Below, piece after piece: positions 25,437 through 36,125 of a DNA stretch of 64,000 nucleotides (its first letter is position 1; each line of letters begins with the position of its first letter). The position numbers and the translations under genes were made by a program. The notes beneath the pieces are model-generated. The model ran no database searches. It saw only the letters and a program-made list of their open reading frames with translations, and was not told the DNA's origin. The stretch comes from an uncultured Alphaproteobacteria bacterium (GTDB lineage: Bacteria; Pseudomonadota; Alphaproteobacteria; RF32; CAG-239), in assembly GCA_947588275.1 (NCBI GenBank), contig CANPYJ010000001.1:20292-84291 (forward strand). The letters are read 5' to 3'.

Positions 25437-25439
25437 CAA

Positions 25440-26591
25440 ATGAGGCGGAAAATGTTAAATTCAAAATTTATTTTGGCGGCGTTTTTGCTGCTGGGAATAT
25501 CCGAAGCTGCGGCCATTGAAACCAAGGCGCGTAATGTAATTCTGATGGATTATGACACCGGACAATATTTGTATGCCAAAGAAGCCAACAAAATGATTCC
25601 GCCGGCCTCAATGAGCAAGCTGATGACGGTTTACATTATCTTGCGCAAACTCAATGACGGAAGTTTGTCTTTGGACGACACGTTTACGGTCAGCGAAAAT
25701 GCTTGGCGCAAGGGCGGCGCGGCTTCCGGGGGGTCGACGATGTTTCTGGCCATCGGCGACAAAGTACGGGTGGAAGATTTGCTCAAAGGCATCATCATTC
25801 AGTCCGGCAACGATGCGTGCATCGTGGCAGCGGAAAATTTGGCCGGCAGCGAAGAAGATTTTGCCGCCGACATGAACAAAATGGCGGAACAAATCGGGCT
25901 CAAAAACTCGCATTTTGCCAACTCTACCGGCTTGCCGCATCCGGATCATCGGATGTCTGCTGAAGATTTGGCCAAGCTGGCGCGTCTGATAATCAGCCAA
26001 TACCCGCAATATTATCATCTGTTTTCTCAAAAAGAATTTGTTTATCACAACATTCGTCAGGGCAACCGCAATCCTCTGTTGTACAGTATGCCGACGGCTG
26101 ACGGGCTCAAAACCGGCCATACCGAAGAGGCCGGCTATTGTCTGACGGCTTCGGCCAAGAAAGACAATCGCCGTCTGATTGGCGTTTTCACCGGTCTAAA
26201 GTCAATCAAAGAGCGTTCGGAAGAACCCGAAAAGATTATGAATTGGGGCTTTCGCGAGTTTGATAATTATACGTTGCTCAAAAAAGGCGCGCAAGTCGCT
26301 GAGATGCCTGTTTGGTACGGCACCGACAAAACCGTGCCGATGGTTGTGGCGGAAGACGTGGTGCGGACGGTCAAAAAGAGCCGATATTCCAAAATCCGCA
26401 TAACCGCAGTTTATGACAAACCGGTCAAAGCGCCGGTGGAAGTCGGGCAGCAGCTTGGCGTGGCAAGGATTGAAGTTCCCGGTGACGCGCCGGTGGAAAT
26501 TCCGTTGGTTGCCGCCAAGGCCGTCAAAGAAGTCGGATTGTGGGGGCGCGTTCGCAAAAATCTGCAATATTTGCTCACGGGAGCTGAATAA
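25440..26591 (+). CDS. D-alanyl-D-alanine carboxypeptidase (PBP5/6 family)
   Basis: SMSK (SxxK), SGN, KTG motifs. Signal peptide. C-terminal beta-sandwich domain. Confidence 0.85.
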   Translation: MRRKMLNSKFILAAFLLLGISEAAAIETKARNVILMDYDTGQYLYAKEANKMIPPASMSKLMTVYIILRKLNDGSLSLDDTFTVSENAWRKGGAASGGSTMFLAIGDKVRVEDLLKGIIIQSGNDACIVAAENLAGSEEDFAADMNKMAEQIGLKNSHFANSTGLPHPDHRMSAEDLAKLARLIISQYPQYYHLFSQKEFVYHNIRQGNRNPLLYSMPTADGLKTGHTEEAGYCLTASAKKDNRRLIGVFTGLKSIKERSEEPEKIMNWGFREFDNYTLLKKGAQVAEMPVWYGTDKTVPMVVAEDVVRTVKKSRYSKIRITAVYDKPVKAPVEVGQQLGVARIEVPGDAPVEIPLVAAKAVKEVGLWGRVRKNLQYLLTGAE

Positions 26592-27235
26592 TGTCTGGCA
26601 GGTTCATCACGTTTGAAGGCGGGGAAGGTTCAGGAAAATCTACTCAAATCAAACTGTTGTCAGAATATCTTAAAGCAAAAAACAAAACCGTGGTGCTCAC
26701 CCGTGAACCAGGCGGCACCCCCGTCGGACAAGAATTGCGCCGCCTGCTGGTAACCGGTGCCGCCGACAAGTTTGACGCCACAGCGGAGGCCTTGCTGTAC
26801 TACGCAGACCGCCGAATTCACCTGCAACAAAAAATTTGGCCGGCCTTGGCCGAAGGCGCTTGGGTTTTGAGTGATCGTTTTGCCGATTCGACGATGGCTT
26901 ATCAAGCCTATGGGCATAACAACCGCGTTACTCCGCAAATGCTCAACGAACTCTATCGGCTGGTTGCGGGAGACTTTAGGCCGGACTTGACACTGATATT
27001 TGACTTGAATCCCGAAATCGGGCTGAAACGTTCGCTGGCGCGCGCGGCGGTCGAAACCGTCAAGGAAGTTCGCTTTGAGAATATTGACATTGAGTTTCAT
27101 CATCGTCTGCGCCGCGGTTTTTTGGAAATTGCCGGGCAAGACCCCGAGCGCTGCGTCGTCCTCAATGCCGATCAGCCGATTGACAAGCTTCATCAGGATG
27201 TAATCAAGGTTGTAACGGAAAGGTTGAAAATCTAA
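26591..27235 (+). CDS. tmk: thymidylate kinase
   Basis: ITFEGGEGSGKST P-loop, DRF/DR motifs. Start overlaps the upstream DD-carboxypeptidase stop. Confidence 0.9.
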   Translation: MSGRFITFEGGEGSGKSTQIKLLSEYLKAKNKTVVLTREPGGTPVGQELRRLLVTGAADKFDATAEALLYYADRRIHLQQKIWPALAEGAWVLSDRFADSTMAYQAYGHNNRVTPQMLNELYRLVAGDFRPDLTLIFDLNPEIGLKRSLARAAVETVKEVRFENIDIEFHHRLRRGFLEIAGQDPERCVVLNADQPIDKLHQDVIKVVTERLKI

Positions 27236-27237
27236 CT

Positions 27238-28293
27238 ATGCCGGAAACCGCAGCGTCATTTGAACCGCAGTCGAACAGCTTTTTGATTGGTCATGAAAAA
27301 GCGGCGGATTTGTTTTTGCATTGCTGGCAGAATAATTCATTGCATAATTCTTGGCTGATAACCGGTATCAAAGGCATCGGCAAGGCTACGTTTGCATACC
27401 GGTTGGCGCGCTTTGTGCTGAGTGCCGATGAGAGCCGACGGCAAGACTGCAAAACGCTTGACGTTTCGCCGGACAGTCAGACGTTTAAGCTGGTGGCGGC
27501 CAATGTGCATCCGGATTTTAAGGTTTTGCAGCGCGATTACACCGATGCCGAGCGCAAAAAAATCCTCAAGGCGATAAAAGACGGCGAATATATGAGCGCC
27601 GATGAATTGAAAGATTTGAAAAAATCGGCTTTTATTCGTGTGGATGACGTGCGTCAGATAAACGATTTTTTGTCGCGGCGGTCTTCAAGCGACGGCTGGC
27701 GTGTCGTGCTGATAGACAGTGTCGATGACATGAATTCCGCTGCCGCCAATGCGGTGCTCAAGATTTTGGAGGAACCGCCTTATAAGACGCTGATGCTGCT
27801 GATAAGCCACAATCCGGGGCGTCTGCTGCCGACCATACGTTCTCGGTGCGCACGGCTGGAGCTTTCGCCGTTAACCGAGGCTCAGGTATCCACGCTGTTG
27901 CGCCGCTATCGTCCGGAGTTGAGCGAGACAGAAGTCAAAAAAGTGGCGCAGATAGCGTCCGGCAGCATCGGGCGCGCGTTGACGTATGCGGACAATGACG
28001 CAGCGGCGCGCTATGATGCTTTGTGTGCTTTGGCCGCCGCCGGAAGTCGTTTTCAAACCGCGGACTTGCTTGATTTTTGCACCGGTGCGGTTGCCGATGA
28101 GGAAACTTATGCTTTGGTTCAGGAGCTGATTTTAAAGTTTTTGTCGGTTCATGTCAAAGACGGTGCCCATGTCGCCGAGACGGCCGATTGTTGGAGCAGC
28201 ACGTTGAAAGTGTTTGCCGAAACAGATAATCTGAACTTAGATAAAAAACAGGCATTGATAACCGTCATTGCCAATATATGTAAACAAATATAA
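27238..28293 (+). CDS. holB: DNA polymerase III subunit delta'
   Basis: AAA+ clamp-loader fold with degenerate Walker A (GIKGIGKAT). Usual position downstream of tmk. Confidence 0.8.
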   Translation: MPETAASFEPQSNSFLIGHEKAADLFLHCWQNNSLHNSWLITGIKGIGKATFAYRLARFVLSADESRRQDCKTLDVSPDSQTFKLVAANVHPDFKVLQRDYTDAERKKILKAIKDGEYMSADELKDLKKSAFIRVDDVRQINDFLSRRSSSDGWRVVLIDSVDDMNSAAANAVLKILEEPPYKTLMLLISHNPGRLLPTIRSRCARLELSPLTEAQVSTLLRRYRPELSETEVKKVAQIASGSIGRALTYADNDAAARYDALCALAAAGSRFQTADLLDFCTGAVADEETYALVQELILKFLSVHVKDGAHVAETADCWSSTLKVFAETDNLNLDKKQALITVIANICKQI

Positions 28294-28303
28294 GAGGAAA
28301 CCG

Positions 28304-29101
28304 ATGTTAGTTGACAGCCACTGCCATTTGGACTTTGACGACTATGAAAACGAGATCGACGACGTAATTGCCCGCGCCCGCGAGCAGGGGGTGAGCATAA
28401 TGCTGAATGCCGGTAACAATCTCAATGATTTGTCCGGTCAGTTGGCGTTGTCAGAAAAATATCCGTTTATTTATGCCGCGGTTGGTGTGCATCCGCACAA
28501 TGCCGCCGAATTTCCTGACGTAAAGGCGGAAGATTTGATTGCTTGGACCAAACACAAAAAAGTCATCGGCATCGGTGAGGCCGGGTTGGATTATTATTAT
28601 GACTACGCTCCGCGCGATGCCCAAATCAGGCTTCTGCGCGAGCATATCAAAGCCGCACAGGAGAGCGGATTGCCGCTGATTATTCATAATCGTGATTCGG
28701 AGGCCGATATGATGCAGGTGTTGTCCGACGGCTATCGGCACAAACCGTTTTGCGGAATGATTCATTGCTTTAACGCTTCCAAAGAATTTGCCGATTTTGC
28801 ACTGTCGATAGGTTTTTATCTGTCGGCTTCGGGAATGATAACATTCAACAAATGCGGACAGTTGCGCGACATTTTTGCCGAAGTGCCTCTGGACAGGCTT
28901 TTGGTCGAGACCGACGCGCCGTTTTTGGCACCGGTGCCGGAGCGCGGCCATCGCAATGAACCGGCCTTTGTTCGTCACACGGTTGAAAAGTTGGCGCAAA
29001 TACGCGATTTGCCGTTTGAAAAAATAGCCCAAATAACCTCGGATAATTTCTGTAATCTGTTTCGCAAAGCCAGCGACAAGGGGCGCGGCAAGTACCAATG
29101 A
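28304..29101 (+). CDS. tatD: TatD-family metal-dependent DNase/hydrolase
   Basis: MLVDSHCHLDF, GEAGLDYYY, IHNRDSE, ETDAPFL motifs. RBS GAGGAAACC. Conserved tmk-holB-tatD order. Confidence 0.85.
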   Translation: MLVDSHCHLDFDDYENEIDDVIARAREQGVSIMLNAGNNLNDLSGQLALSEKYPFIYAAVGVHPHNAAEFPDVKAEDLIAWTKHKKVIGIGEAGLDYYYDYAPRDAQIRLLREHIKAAQESGLPLIIHNRDSEADMMQVLSDGYRHKPFCGMIHCFNASKEFADFALSIGFYLSASGMITFNKCGQLRDIFAEVPLDRLLVETDAPFLAPVPERGHRNEPAFVRHTVEKLAQIRDLPFEKIAQITSDNFCNLFRKASDKGRGKYQ

Positions 29102-29889
29102 GCCACCATATGATCATATTGGGCGCGGGAGCGGCTCCCGGCGTGCCGTCGCTGAGCAGCGGCTGGGGAAACTGCGATTCTTCAAATCCGCGGAATCGAC
29201 GCCGCCGTACAGGCACTTATTTCAATTTTGACGGCGTCGAAATTTTGCTTGACACGTCGCCAGATTTGCGGCAGCAGCTTTTAGATGCCCAAATTCGCCG
29301 TCTGGATGGGGTGTTGTACACGCATGCCCATGCCGACCACTTGCACGGAATAGACGATTTGCGCGAGATAAATCGGATTAATGCCACCAATTTGGATTGC
29401 TATGCCGCCGATGACGTCATAAAAATCATAAAACATCGTTTTCCTTATTTGGTTTCTTCGCAAAAAAGCGTCAAAAACGTCCTTTCTTCGCCTAGCTTGG
29501 TGCTGCATCGGGTTAAATGCGGACACGAGTTTGAAATCGGCGGGGTGCGGATTATGCCGCTCAAGCAGTGCGGACACAATATTCCTTCTGTCGGCTATAT
29601 GTTCAATGACGGTGAAGCAGTGTATGTTTCCGATTTCAAATGGCTGCCGTCATCAACTCTGAAGATTTTGCAAAATCGGCGGATTCAAACGTTGATTATG
29701 CCGCTGACCACGCCTTTCGGGCAAAAATATCATGCCGGATGGGATGAAATCAGAGCATATATAGAAAAAATTAACCCCGCCCGCGTTATCATTAATCACA
29801 TGGCCAGCGAGGTTGATTATCAGACCTTGGTCGACAGTTCGCCGGAAAATCTGCTGCCGGCTTTTGACACGATGAGGATTGATTTGTAA
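29098..29889 (+). CDS. MBL-fold metallo-hydrolase (PhnP/cyclic-phosphate phosphodiesterase-like)
   Basis: THAHADHLHGIDDL (HxHxDH) motif. Start overlaps tatD stop. Confidence 0.75.
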   Translation: MSHHMIILGAGAAPGVPSLSSGWGNCDSSNPRNRRRRTGTYFNFDGVEILLDTSPDLRQQLLDAQIRRLDGVLYTHAHADHLHGIDDLREINRINATNLDCYAADDVIKIIKHRFPYLVSSQKSVKNVLSSPSLVLHRVKCGHEFEIGGVRIMPLKQCGHNIPSVGYMFNDGEAVYVSDFKWLPSSTLKILQNRRIQTLIMPLTTPFGQKYHAGWDEIRAYIEKINPARVIINHMASEVDYQTLVDSSPENLLPAFDTMRIDL

Positions 29890-30758
29890 TGACTGTTAAA
29901 ACCTTAAGCATATATCATATTGCCGATCATGACGGCAAGGCTTCGGCAGCCGTTGTGCGGCGCGCATTTCCGCAGACAGAACTGCTGGGGCTTAATCACG
30001 ATATGGAAATACCGTTTGACGAAATCCGCAGCTATGACAAAATTGTCATCTGTGATATTGCGCTGCCGTTGGATTTTATGTATGAGCTGTCGGCAACCAA
30101 GGAGTTTATATGGATTGATCACCACGCGTCGGTAATAAACGAATATAACGCCGCCGTTCAACAAGGCGCGCCGGAGCTCAAAGGGCTGCGCCGTATTGGC
30201 ACGGCGGCCTGCTGCCTGACTTGGGAGTATTTCAATCCCGGAAAACCGCTGCCGGAAGGTTTGCGTCTGCTTGGCCTGAATGACATATACGACTTGCGCG
30301 ATCCCAAAGTGCGGCCGTTTGAATATGCGTTTCAGTCAATAGGGGTCAATCGCCCGAGCGACGCCGTTTGGGACGATTTGCTGGACAATAAGCTCGACAT
30401 TGACGACATGGTAGCCAAAGGGCAGGTGGTTTTGTCATGGATACGCAACCGCAATATCCGCCTTTCGCACAGCATGGCTTTTGCCAGCGAATATATGGGG
30501 TACAAATGTATTTGCGCCAATATGCCGCAAGGATATTCGGAATTTTTTGACACCGTCCCCGATCTTGATAGCTATGATTTTATGTGCAACTTTTACATGA
30601 ACAAAAACAATACTTGGAATTTGTCTTTTTATACGTCCAAAGACGGGATAGACGTTTCTAAGATAGCTGCATCTTTCGGCGGCGGCGGGCATGTGAAGGC
30701 TGCCGGTGCTTCCAAGCTGAAAAAACTTCCGGAGTTTTTGCGCAACTTGAAGTCGTAG
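29889..30758 (+). CDS. DHH-family phosphoesterase (NrnA-like oligoribonuclease/pAp phosphatase) with DHHA1 domain
   Basis: HIADHDGKASAAV, DHH, and C-terminal GGGGHVKAAGA (DHHA1 GGGH) motifs. Confidence 0.75.
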   Translation: MTVKTLSIYHIADHDGKASAAVVRRAFPQTELLGLNHDMEIPFDEIRSYDKIVICDIALPLDFMYELSATKEFIWIDHHASVINEYNAAVQQGAPELKGLRRIGTAACCLTWEYFNPGKPLPEGLRLLGLNDIYDLRDPKVRPFEYAFQSIGVNRPSDAVWDDLLDNKLDIDDMVAKGQVVLSWIRNRNIRLSHSMAFASEYMGYKCICANMPQGYSEFFDTVPDLDSYDFMCNFYMNKNNTWNLSFYTSKDGIDVSKIAASFGGGGHVKAAGASKLKKLPEFLRNLKS

Positions 30759-30815
30759 ATAAACTTCTTATATTTCAAGCGCGATGTTAATTGCTGCTTG
30801 AAGGAGAGGTTTGTC

Positions 30816-31991
30816 ATGCATTTTGATTCTTATATTCCGACCCGCATAATATTCGGCCGCGGCCGGCTGGAAGAATTGGCCGCGCTGCCGCTGCCGGGCA
30901 AAAAAGCGTTGATTGTCATTACCAACGGCAAGTCAATGCGCAATTTGGGCTATCTGGATCGCGTCATTCGCCTTTTGGAACAAAATGGCGCGGCGGTGGT
31001 TGTCTTTGATAAGATTCTGCCAAATCCCGTGGTCGCCCATGTTATGGAGGCGGCGGAATTGGCGCGCAATGAAAATTGCGACTTTATCATCGGCTTGGGT
31101 GGCGGCAGCGCCATCGATTCAGCCAAGTCGATTGCCTTGATGATAAAAAATTCGGGCACTTATTGGGACTATGTTAAACGTGTCAAAAAGATTACGGAGC
31201 CGGTTTTGCCGATTATTGCCATTCCCACCACCGCCGGCACCGGAACCGAGGTTGACCCGTGGACGGTCATCACCAATCCGGACACGGGTGAAAAAATCGG
31301 CTTTGGCGATGATGTTCTGTTTCCCAAATTGGCGATTGTCGATTCGGAACTGATGACGTCGGTGCCGCAGCGCCTGACTGCCTATCAGGGAATGGACGCT
31401 TTTTTCCATGCCGTTGAGGGATATTTGGCCTGTGTGGCTCAGCCGTTGAGCGACATATTGGCCATTGAAACCATACGTCTGGTTGCCGAATTTTTGCCGC
31501 AAGCGGTCAAAGACGGCAATAATTTGCAAGCGCGCGAACAAATGGCGTGGGCTGCCACCGCAGCCGGATTGGTCGAAAGCACTTCAAGCTGTATTTCGGA
31601 ACATTCCATGGAGCATGCGTTGTCGGCTTTTTATCCGGAATTGCCGCACGGTGCCGGATTGGTGGCGCTTTCGGTGCCGTATTTTACGCATTTGCTGAAA
31701 AAAGAGCCCGAAAAAGTTTCCGTTCGTTATTTGGAAATGGGGCGCGCCATGGGCGAGGAAGGAAATTCGCCGGAGATTTTTATAGCGGCGCTGAAAAAAC
31801 TTATTGATAAAGTCGGTCTGAGCGACTTGCGCCTGTCGGACTGGGGAATCAAACCCGACGAAGCCGAGCGTTTGGCGGCCAATTCGTACGAAGCCATGGG
31901 CGCCTTGTACGAGCTTGATCCTGTGCGCCTGCAAGATGATGACACGGTTCAGATTTTTCGCGAAGCCATCATGCGCCGCTCCGGCGAATAA
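30816..31991 (+). CDS. iron-containing alcohol dehydrogenase
   Basis: GGGSAIDSAKSIA and Fe-ADH signature regions. RBS GAAGGAGAGG. Confidence 0.85.
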   Translation: MHFDSYIPTRIIFGRGRLEELAALPLPGKKALIVITNGKSMRNLGYLDRVIRLLEQNGAAVVVFDKILPNPVVAHVMEAAELARNENCDFIIGLGGGSAIDSAKSIALMIKNSGTYWDYVKRVKKITEPVLPIIAIPTTAGTGTEVDPWTVITNPDTGEKIGFGDDVLFPKLAIVDSELMTSVPQRLTAYQGMDAFFHAVEGYLACVAQPLSDILAIETIRLVAEFLPQAVKDGNNLQAREQMAWAATAAGLVESTSSCISEHSMEHALSAFYPELPHGAGLVALSVPYFTHLLKKEPEKVSVRYLEMGRAMGEEGNSPEIFIAALKKLIDKVGLSDLRLSDWGIKPDEAERLAANSYEAMGALYELDPVRLQDDDTVQIFREAIMRRSGE

Positions 31992-31994
31992 TTG

Positions 31995-32027
31995 CAAAAC
32001 ACCGGTTTTAAGACCGGTGTTTTTTTA
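31995..32027 (+). terminator. rho-independent terminator (aaaacaccggtttt-aag-accggtgttttttt)
   Basis: Perfect hairpin + T7 right after stop. Confidence 0.75.
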
Positions 32028-32195
32028 TTTGGCCGGCAAATTTCTTATGTCAGCCGTAAATCAGCCGCAAAAGTGAAAATAGTTGCAATTTGTCGGCCCA
32101 TATTTTGTTTTTATGCTTGAGATATTTGCAGAATGTTGTAAAATCAGGTTCGCAAAACTGATTACAATCAATAAAAATCCGGAGAATTTGATACA

Positions 32196-33893
32196 ATGTC
32201 TAAAATCTTAATTACTTCCGCATTGCCGTATATCAACGGAGTGCCGCACTTGGGGCACATCGTCGGCTGCCTGCTGCCGTCAGACATTTATGCACGGTAT
32301 ATGCGACTGAAGGGTGAAGAAGTTTTATACATTGCCGGTACCGATGAGCACGGCACCACATCCGAGGTCGGCGCTCTCAAGGAGGAAATGGATATTCAGG
32401 CCTATTGCGACATGTACCATCAGCGTCATGCCAAGACCTATAAGGATTTTAATCTGTCGTTTGACTATTTTGGCCGAACCTCAAGCGAGCAAAACAAAGA
32501 AATTACTTATCATATTTTTGAACGGCTGGATAAAAACGGCTTTATTGAGGAACGTACGGTCAAACAGGTATACAGCGTCGACGACAAAATGTTTTTGGCC
32601 GACCGCTACATTACCGGAACTTGCCCGCACTGCGGATATGAAAAAGCTCGCGGCGACCAGTGCGAAAACTGCACAAAAGTTCTGGAACCGACCGAACTCA
32701 TCAATCCGCGCAGCTCGATTTCGGGTTCGGCAAACTTGGAAGTGCGGGAAACAAAGCATCTGTTTTTGAATCTGCCCAAGCTCGAAAAACGTTTGGCCCA
32801 ATGGATAAAGACCAAAGAGCCGTTCTGGCCGGAAGTGGCCTATACCATTGCGCAAAAATGGCTTAAAGAAGGTTTGCAGTCTCGCTGCATTACCCGCGAT
32901 CTCAAATGGGGTTTTCCGGTCAACAAAGCCGGCTATGAAGACAAAGTCTTTTATGTGTGGTTTGACGCGCCTATCGGCTATATCGGCATTACCAAACAAT
33001 GGGCCGACGCCAAACCGTCCGAACGCGATTGGCGTGATTGGTGGCTCAATGCCAAAGACGTCCGCCATGTTGAATTTATGGGCAAAGACAATGTGCCGTA
33101 CCACTCCATAACGTTTCCGGCCACACTTTTGGGTACCGGAGAAAACTGGACACAAGTAGACTATCTGAAAGGCATGAGCTATCTGACTTATGAGGGAGGC
33201 AAGTTTTCCAAATCGGAAAAACGCGGCATCTTTGCCGAAGACGCAATCAAAGAATTTCCGGCCGACTATTGGCGCTATTGGCTGATGAGCAATGCTCCGG
33301 AAGGTTCTGATGCCTCATTTGGCTTTGACTTGTTCGCCGCCGTGGTCAACAAAGATTTGAACAGCGTTCTCGGCAATTTTGTGTCGCGCGTGCTCAAAAT
33401 GACGGCTTCAAAAATCGATTCCGAAGTTCCGGCCGGCGGCAATTTGGAACAACCGGAGAAAGAGTTGATAAATACCCTGCAGATCCGCGTCAAAGATTAT
33501 CTGAAATATATGGATGAAATGGAATTTCGCAAAGCTCTCAACGAATTGCGCGCCATATGGGTCGAGGGCAACAACTACATCTCGGTGACCGAACCATGGA
33601 CCGTCATCAAAACCGACGAGGCAAGGGCAGCCGCCATTTTGCGCGTGTGCATCAATCTGATTCGGATTTTTGCTGTTTTGAGCGCGCCGATAATGCCTAC
33701 AATCAGCGCATCCATGCTGCAAAGACTGGGACTGACGCCGGCCGATATGCCGAGCCTCAAAGACTTTGACGTCAGCCGTGAAATCGAGGCCCTCAAACCC
33801 GGCACGCCGTTTACCGTGGGCGAAACCCTGTTTGAACGCATTACGCCGGAAAAGATTGAAGAATTAAAACAAAAATATGGGAGTAGCAAATAA
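32196..33893 (+). CDS. metG: methionine--tRNA ligase (short form without C-terminal tRNA-binding domain)
   Basis: HIGH (PYINGVPHLGHIVG) and KFSKS (KMSKS) motifs. Zinc knuckle CPHCGY...CENC. Confidence 0.95.
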   Translation: MSKILITSALPYINGVPHLGHIVGCLLPSDIYARYMRLKGEEVLYIAGTDEHGTTSEVGALKEEMDIQAYCDMYHQRHAKTYKDFNLSFDYFGRTSSEQNKEITYHIFERLDKNGFIEERTVKQVYSVDDKMFLADRYITGTCPHCGYEKARGDQCENCTKVLEPTELINPRSSISGSANLEVRETKHLFLNLPKLEKRLAQWIKTKEPFWPEVAYTIAQKWLKEGLQSRCITRDLKWGFPVNKAGYEDKVFYVWFDAPIGYIGITKQWADAKPSERDWRDWWLNAKDVRHVEFMGKDNVPYHSITFPATLLGTGENWTQVDYLKGMSYLTYEGGKFSKSEKRGIFAEDAIKEFPADYWRYWLMSNAPEGSDASFGFDLFAAVVNKDLNSVLGNFVSRVLKMTASKIDSEVPAGGNLEQPEKELINTLQIRVKDYLKYMDEMEFRKALNELRAIWVEGNNYISVTEPWTVIKTDEARAAAILRVCINLIRIFAVLSAPIMPTISASMLQRLGLTPADMPSLKDFDVSREIEALKPGTPFTVGETLFERITPEKIEELKQKYGSSK

Positions 33894-34684
33894 TGGGCAA
33901 AAATAATCGCAAAGACGCCTTTATCGGTCCCTTAAAAGGCTGGGCAAAGTTTTTTCACCGGTTGTTTTTGTTTATCACCTATCCGGTGCGCAAACCCAAA
34001 ATTTGGTTGCTGATAGTGCCGGTTTTGGCCATTTTGTATTTGGCGCCGACATTCCGCGGAATCAAACCGGCAGAAGTCCATCTTTGGTATTGGGGAATGA
34101 TTCAACAAAATATATCGAAGATAAGTGCCGCGTTTAATGAGCAGACACAAAAAATTCTGCCGCAAATTCAACCGGCGCCCAAAGCGCCTCAGATGATTGA
34201 TTTGCCGGTCAAAGAGAGTCGCCGCAAAGTGTTTGAACGCGCCAAGTCGGCACCGGTGGTCGTGGTTGAAGCGGCGCCGGCGGAAGTAAACCTTGCTCCG
34301 CGTCCGGCTCCTCGGCGCCAGGTGTCGGAAGAGGTCGAACAACCCAAGCTGCAACCGGCAGCCCAAAAAACAAATAAGCTTGATTTGAATTATCTGGACG
34401 AACCCAAAACGGTCAGCGGCGTTGCCCGATTCCTTAATGCCAACGAACTCCAAATCGACAACACTTATATGTTTTTGTACGGAATCTATGTCGATCCGAA
34501 GTCTGACAAAGGTTTCTATGCTCTGAATTTTTTGGACAAGCTGGTAAAGGGGAAAACGGTCGTCTGCACAATCAACGCCTACACGCATCAATCAATAGCC
34601 ACTGCCGTCTGCACGGTAAACGGCGAAAACATCAATCGTCTGTTGGTTGACAAAGGATATTCCCGTAACGTCGCTTTGGATTGA
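33893..34684 (+). CDS. membrane-anchored protein with Pro/Ala-rich linker and C-terminal thermonuclease (SNase)-fold-like domain. Translationally coupled to metG (TAATG).
   Basis: N-terminal TM helix (IWLLIVPVLAILYLAP). C-terminal ...IDNTYMFLYGIYVDPKSD...AVCTVNGENINRLLVDKGYSRNVAL resembles the SNase core pattern. Confidence 0.45.
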   Translation: MGKNNRKDAFIGPLKGWAKFFHRLFLFITYPVRKPKIWLLIVPVLAILYLAPTFRGIKPAEVHLWYWGMIQQNISKISAAFNEQTQKILPQIQPAPKAPQMIDLPVKESRRKVFERAKSAPVVVVEAAPAEVNLAPRPAPRRQVSEEVEQPKLQPAAQKTNKLDLNYLDEPKTVSGVARFLNANELQIDNTYMFLYGIYVDPKSDKGFYALNFLDKLVKGKTVVCTINAYTHQSIATAVCTVNGENINRLLVDKGYSRNVALD

Positions 34685-34691
34685 GGACACG

Positions 34692-36125
34692 ATGTGGCAG
34701 CCGGTTTTAATGATAAGCGGATATTTTATCAGCGTTCTCGGATTGGCAATGCTGCTGCCGGCGGCGGTTGATATATATTATGCGCACACAAACTGGTCAT
34801 ATTTTATAACATCGTCCATTGTTTCTTTGTTTATAGGACTGTCATTGTTTTTGGCCAACAAGGGCAGGGTCAACAACATATCGCTGCGACAGGGCTATCT
34901 GCTGACGTCGTGCAGTTGGTTTTTGGCGGCGTTGCTGGCGGCGGTGCCGTTTGTTTTTTACGGCGTGTCGGTTGCCGATTCGATTTTCGAGGCTTCTTCC
35001 GGCATCAGCACCACCGGCGCCACCATTTTTGCCGATGTCGAGAGTTTGCCGCGTTCGATTTTATTGTGGCGCTCGCTGCTCACCGGTCTTGGTGGCGTGG
35101 GGATTGTGATATTTGCAATTGCGCTTCTGCCGTTTTTGGGAATTGGAGGTATGCAGATTTTTCAACGCGAAAATTCCGACGTAAATGAAAAATTTATGCC
35201 TAAAATCAGCTACATTGCCAAACGAATTATTTTGGTATATGTCGTTTTGATGGCAGCTTGTCTGGTTTCGCTTCATTTCGGCGGAATGGGGTGGTTTGAC
35301 GCGGTTTGTCATGCCATGACCACCACTGCGACCGGCGGCATGACGACCAAAAATGCTTCTATCGGTGCCTTTCACAGTCCGACTATCGAATGGATAATGG
35401 TTGTATTTATGTTTTTGGGCGCCATTCCGCTGACATTTTATCACAGCCTGCTGGCTACCAAAAATATTCACTCTCTGCGCTCCTCGCAGGTTGTCGCTTT
35501 TATAAAGATTCTGCTGCTCTACATCGGCGGCGTAACGCTGTGGCTGTGGGGCAGCGAAATCTATGATTTTCCGACGGCTCTGCGACAGGCATCGTTTAAT
35601 GTGGTGTCCATTGTCACCAGTTCCGGTTTCAATTCCGCCGATTATCTGCAATGGGGAACTTTTGCCGGAACATTGTTTTTGGCCTTTGCCTTGACCGGCG
35701 GTTGCACCGGATCGACTTCCGGTTCAATCAAAATTTTCCGTTGGCAGGTTGTTTTGGCACGGCTGAAAAGGGCTTTTATAAATACGATTGAGCCCAACCG
35801 GATGGTGCCGCTCAAAATCGGTCAGAGTATCATTACCAATGAAGTCGCCAATTCCATTTTTATGTTTTTGGCCGTCTATGTCTTAAGCGTCGGCGTGCTG
35901 ACGATTATTATATCCATCTGCGGCTTTGACTTTACCACGTCTTTCAGCGCGGTTGTTGCCTGCATGACCAACAGCGGCCCCGGAATAGGGAGCATTATCG
36001 GTCCGTCCGGAAACTACGGCTCGCTCAACGATGCCGCCAAATACGTTTTGGCATTTACAATGATTGTCGGCCGTCTGGAAGTTATGACCGTCTTGGTGAT
36101 ATTCAGCAAAAATTTCTGGCGCTAA
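34692..36125 (+). CDS. trkH: TrkH/KtrB-family potassium uptake permease
   Basis: Multiple TM segments with repeated pore-loop GxG motifs (TTGATIF, TGGMTTK, SGF). 478 aa. Confidence 0.85.
   Translation: MWQPVLMISGYFISVLGLAMLLPAAVDIYYAHTNWSYFITSSIVSLFIGLSLFLANKGRVNNISLRQGYLLTSCSWFLAALLAAVPFVFYGVSVADSIFEASSGISTTGATIFADVESLPRSILLWRSLLTGLGGVGIVIFAIALLPFLGIGGMQIFQRENSDVNEKFMPKISYIAKRIILVYVVLMAACLVSLHFGGMGWFDAVCHAMTTTATGGMTTKNASIGAFHSPTIEWIMVVFMFLGAIPLTFYHSLLATKNIHSLRSSQVVAFIKILLLYIGGVTLWLWGSEIYDFPTALRQASFNVVSIVTSSGFNSADYLQWGTFAGTLFLAFALTGGCTGSTSGSIKIFRWQVVLARLKRAFINTIEPNRMVPLKIGQSIITNEVANSIFMFLAVYVLSVGVLTIIISICGFDFTTSFSAVVACMTNSGPGIGSIIGPSGNYGSLNDAAKYVLAFTMIVGRLEVMTVLVIFSKNFWR

Noticed and set aside
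24768-25439. 223-aa minus-strand ORF
   Set aside because: Antisense inside rlpA. Arg-rich low-complexity product.
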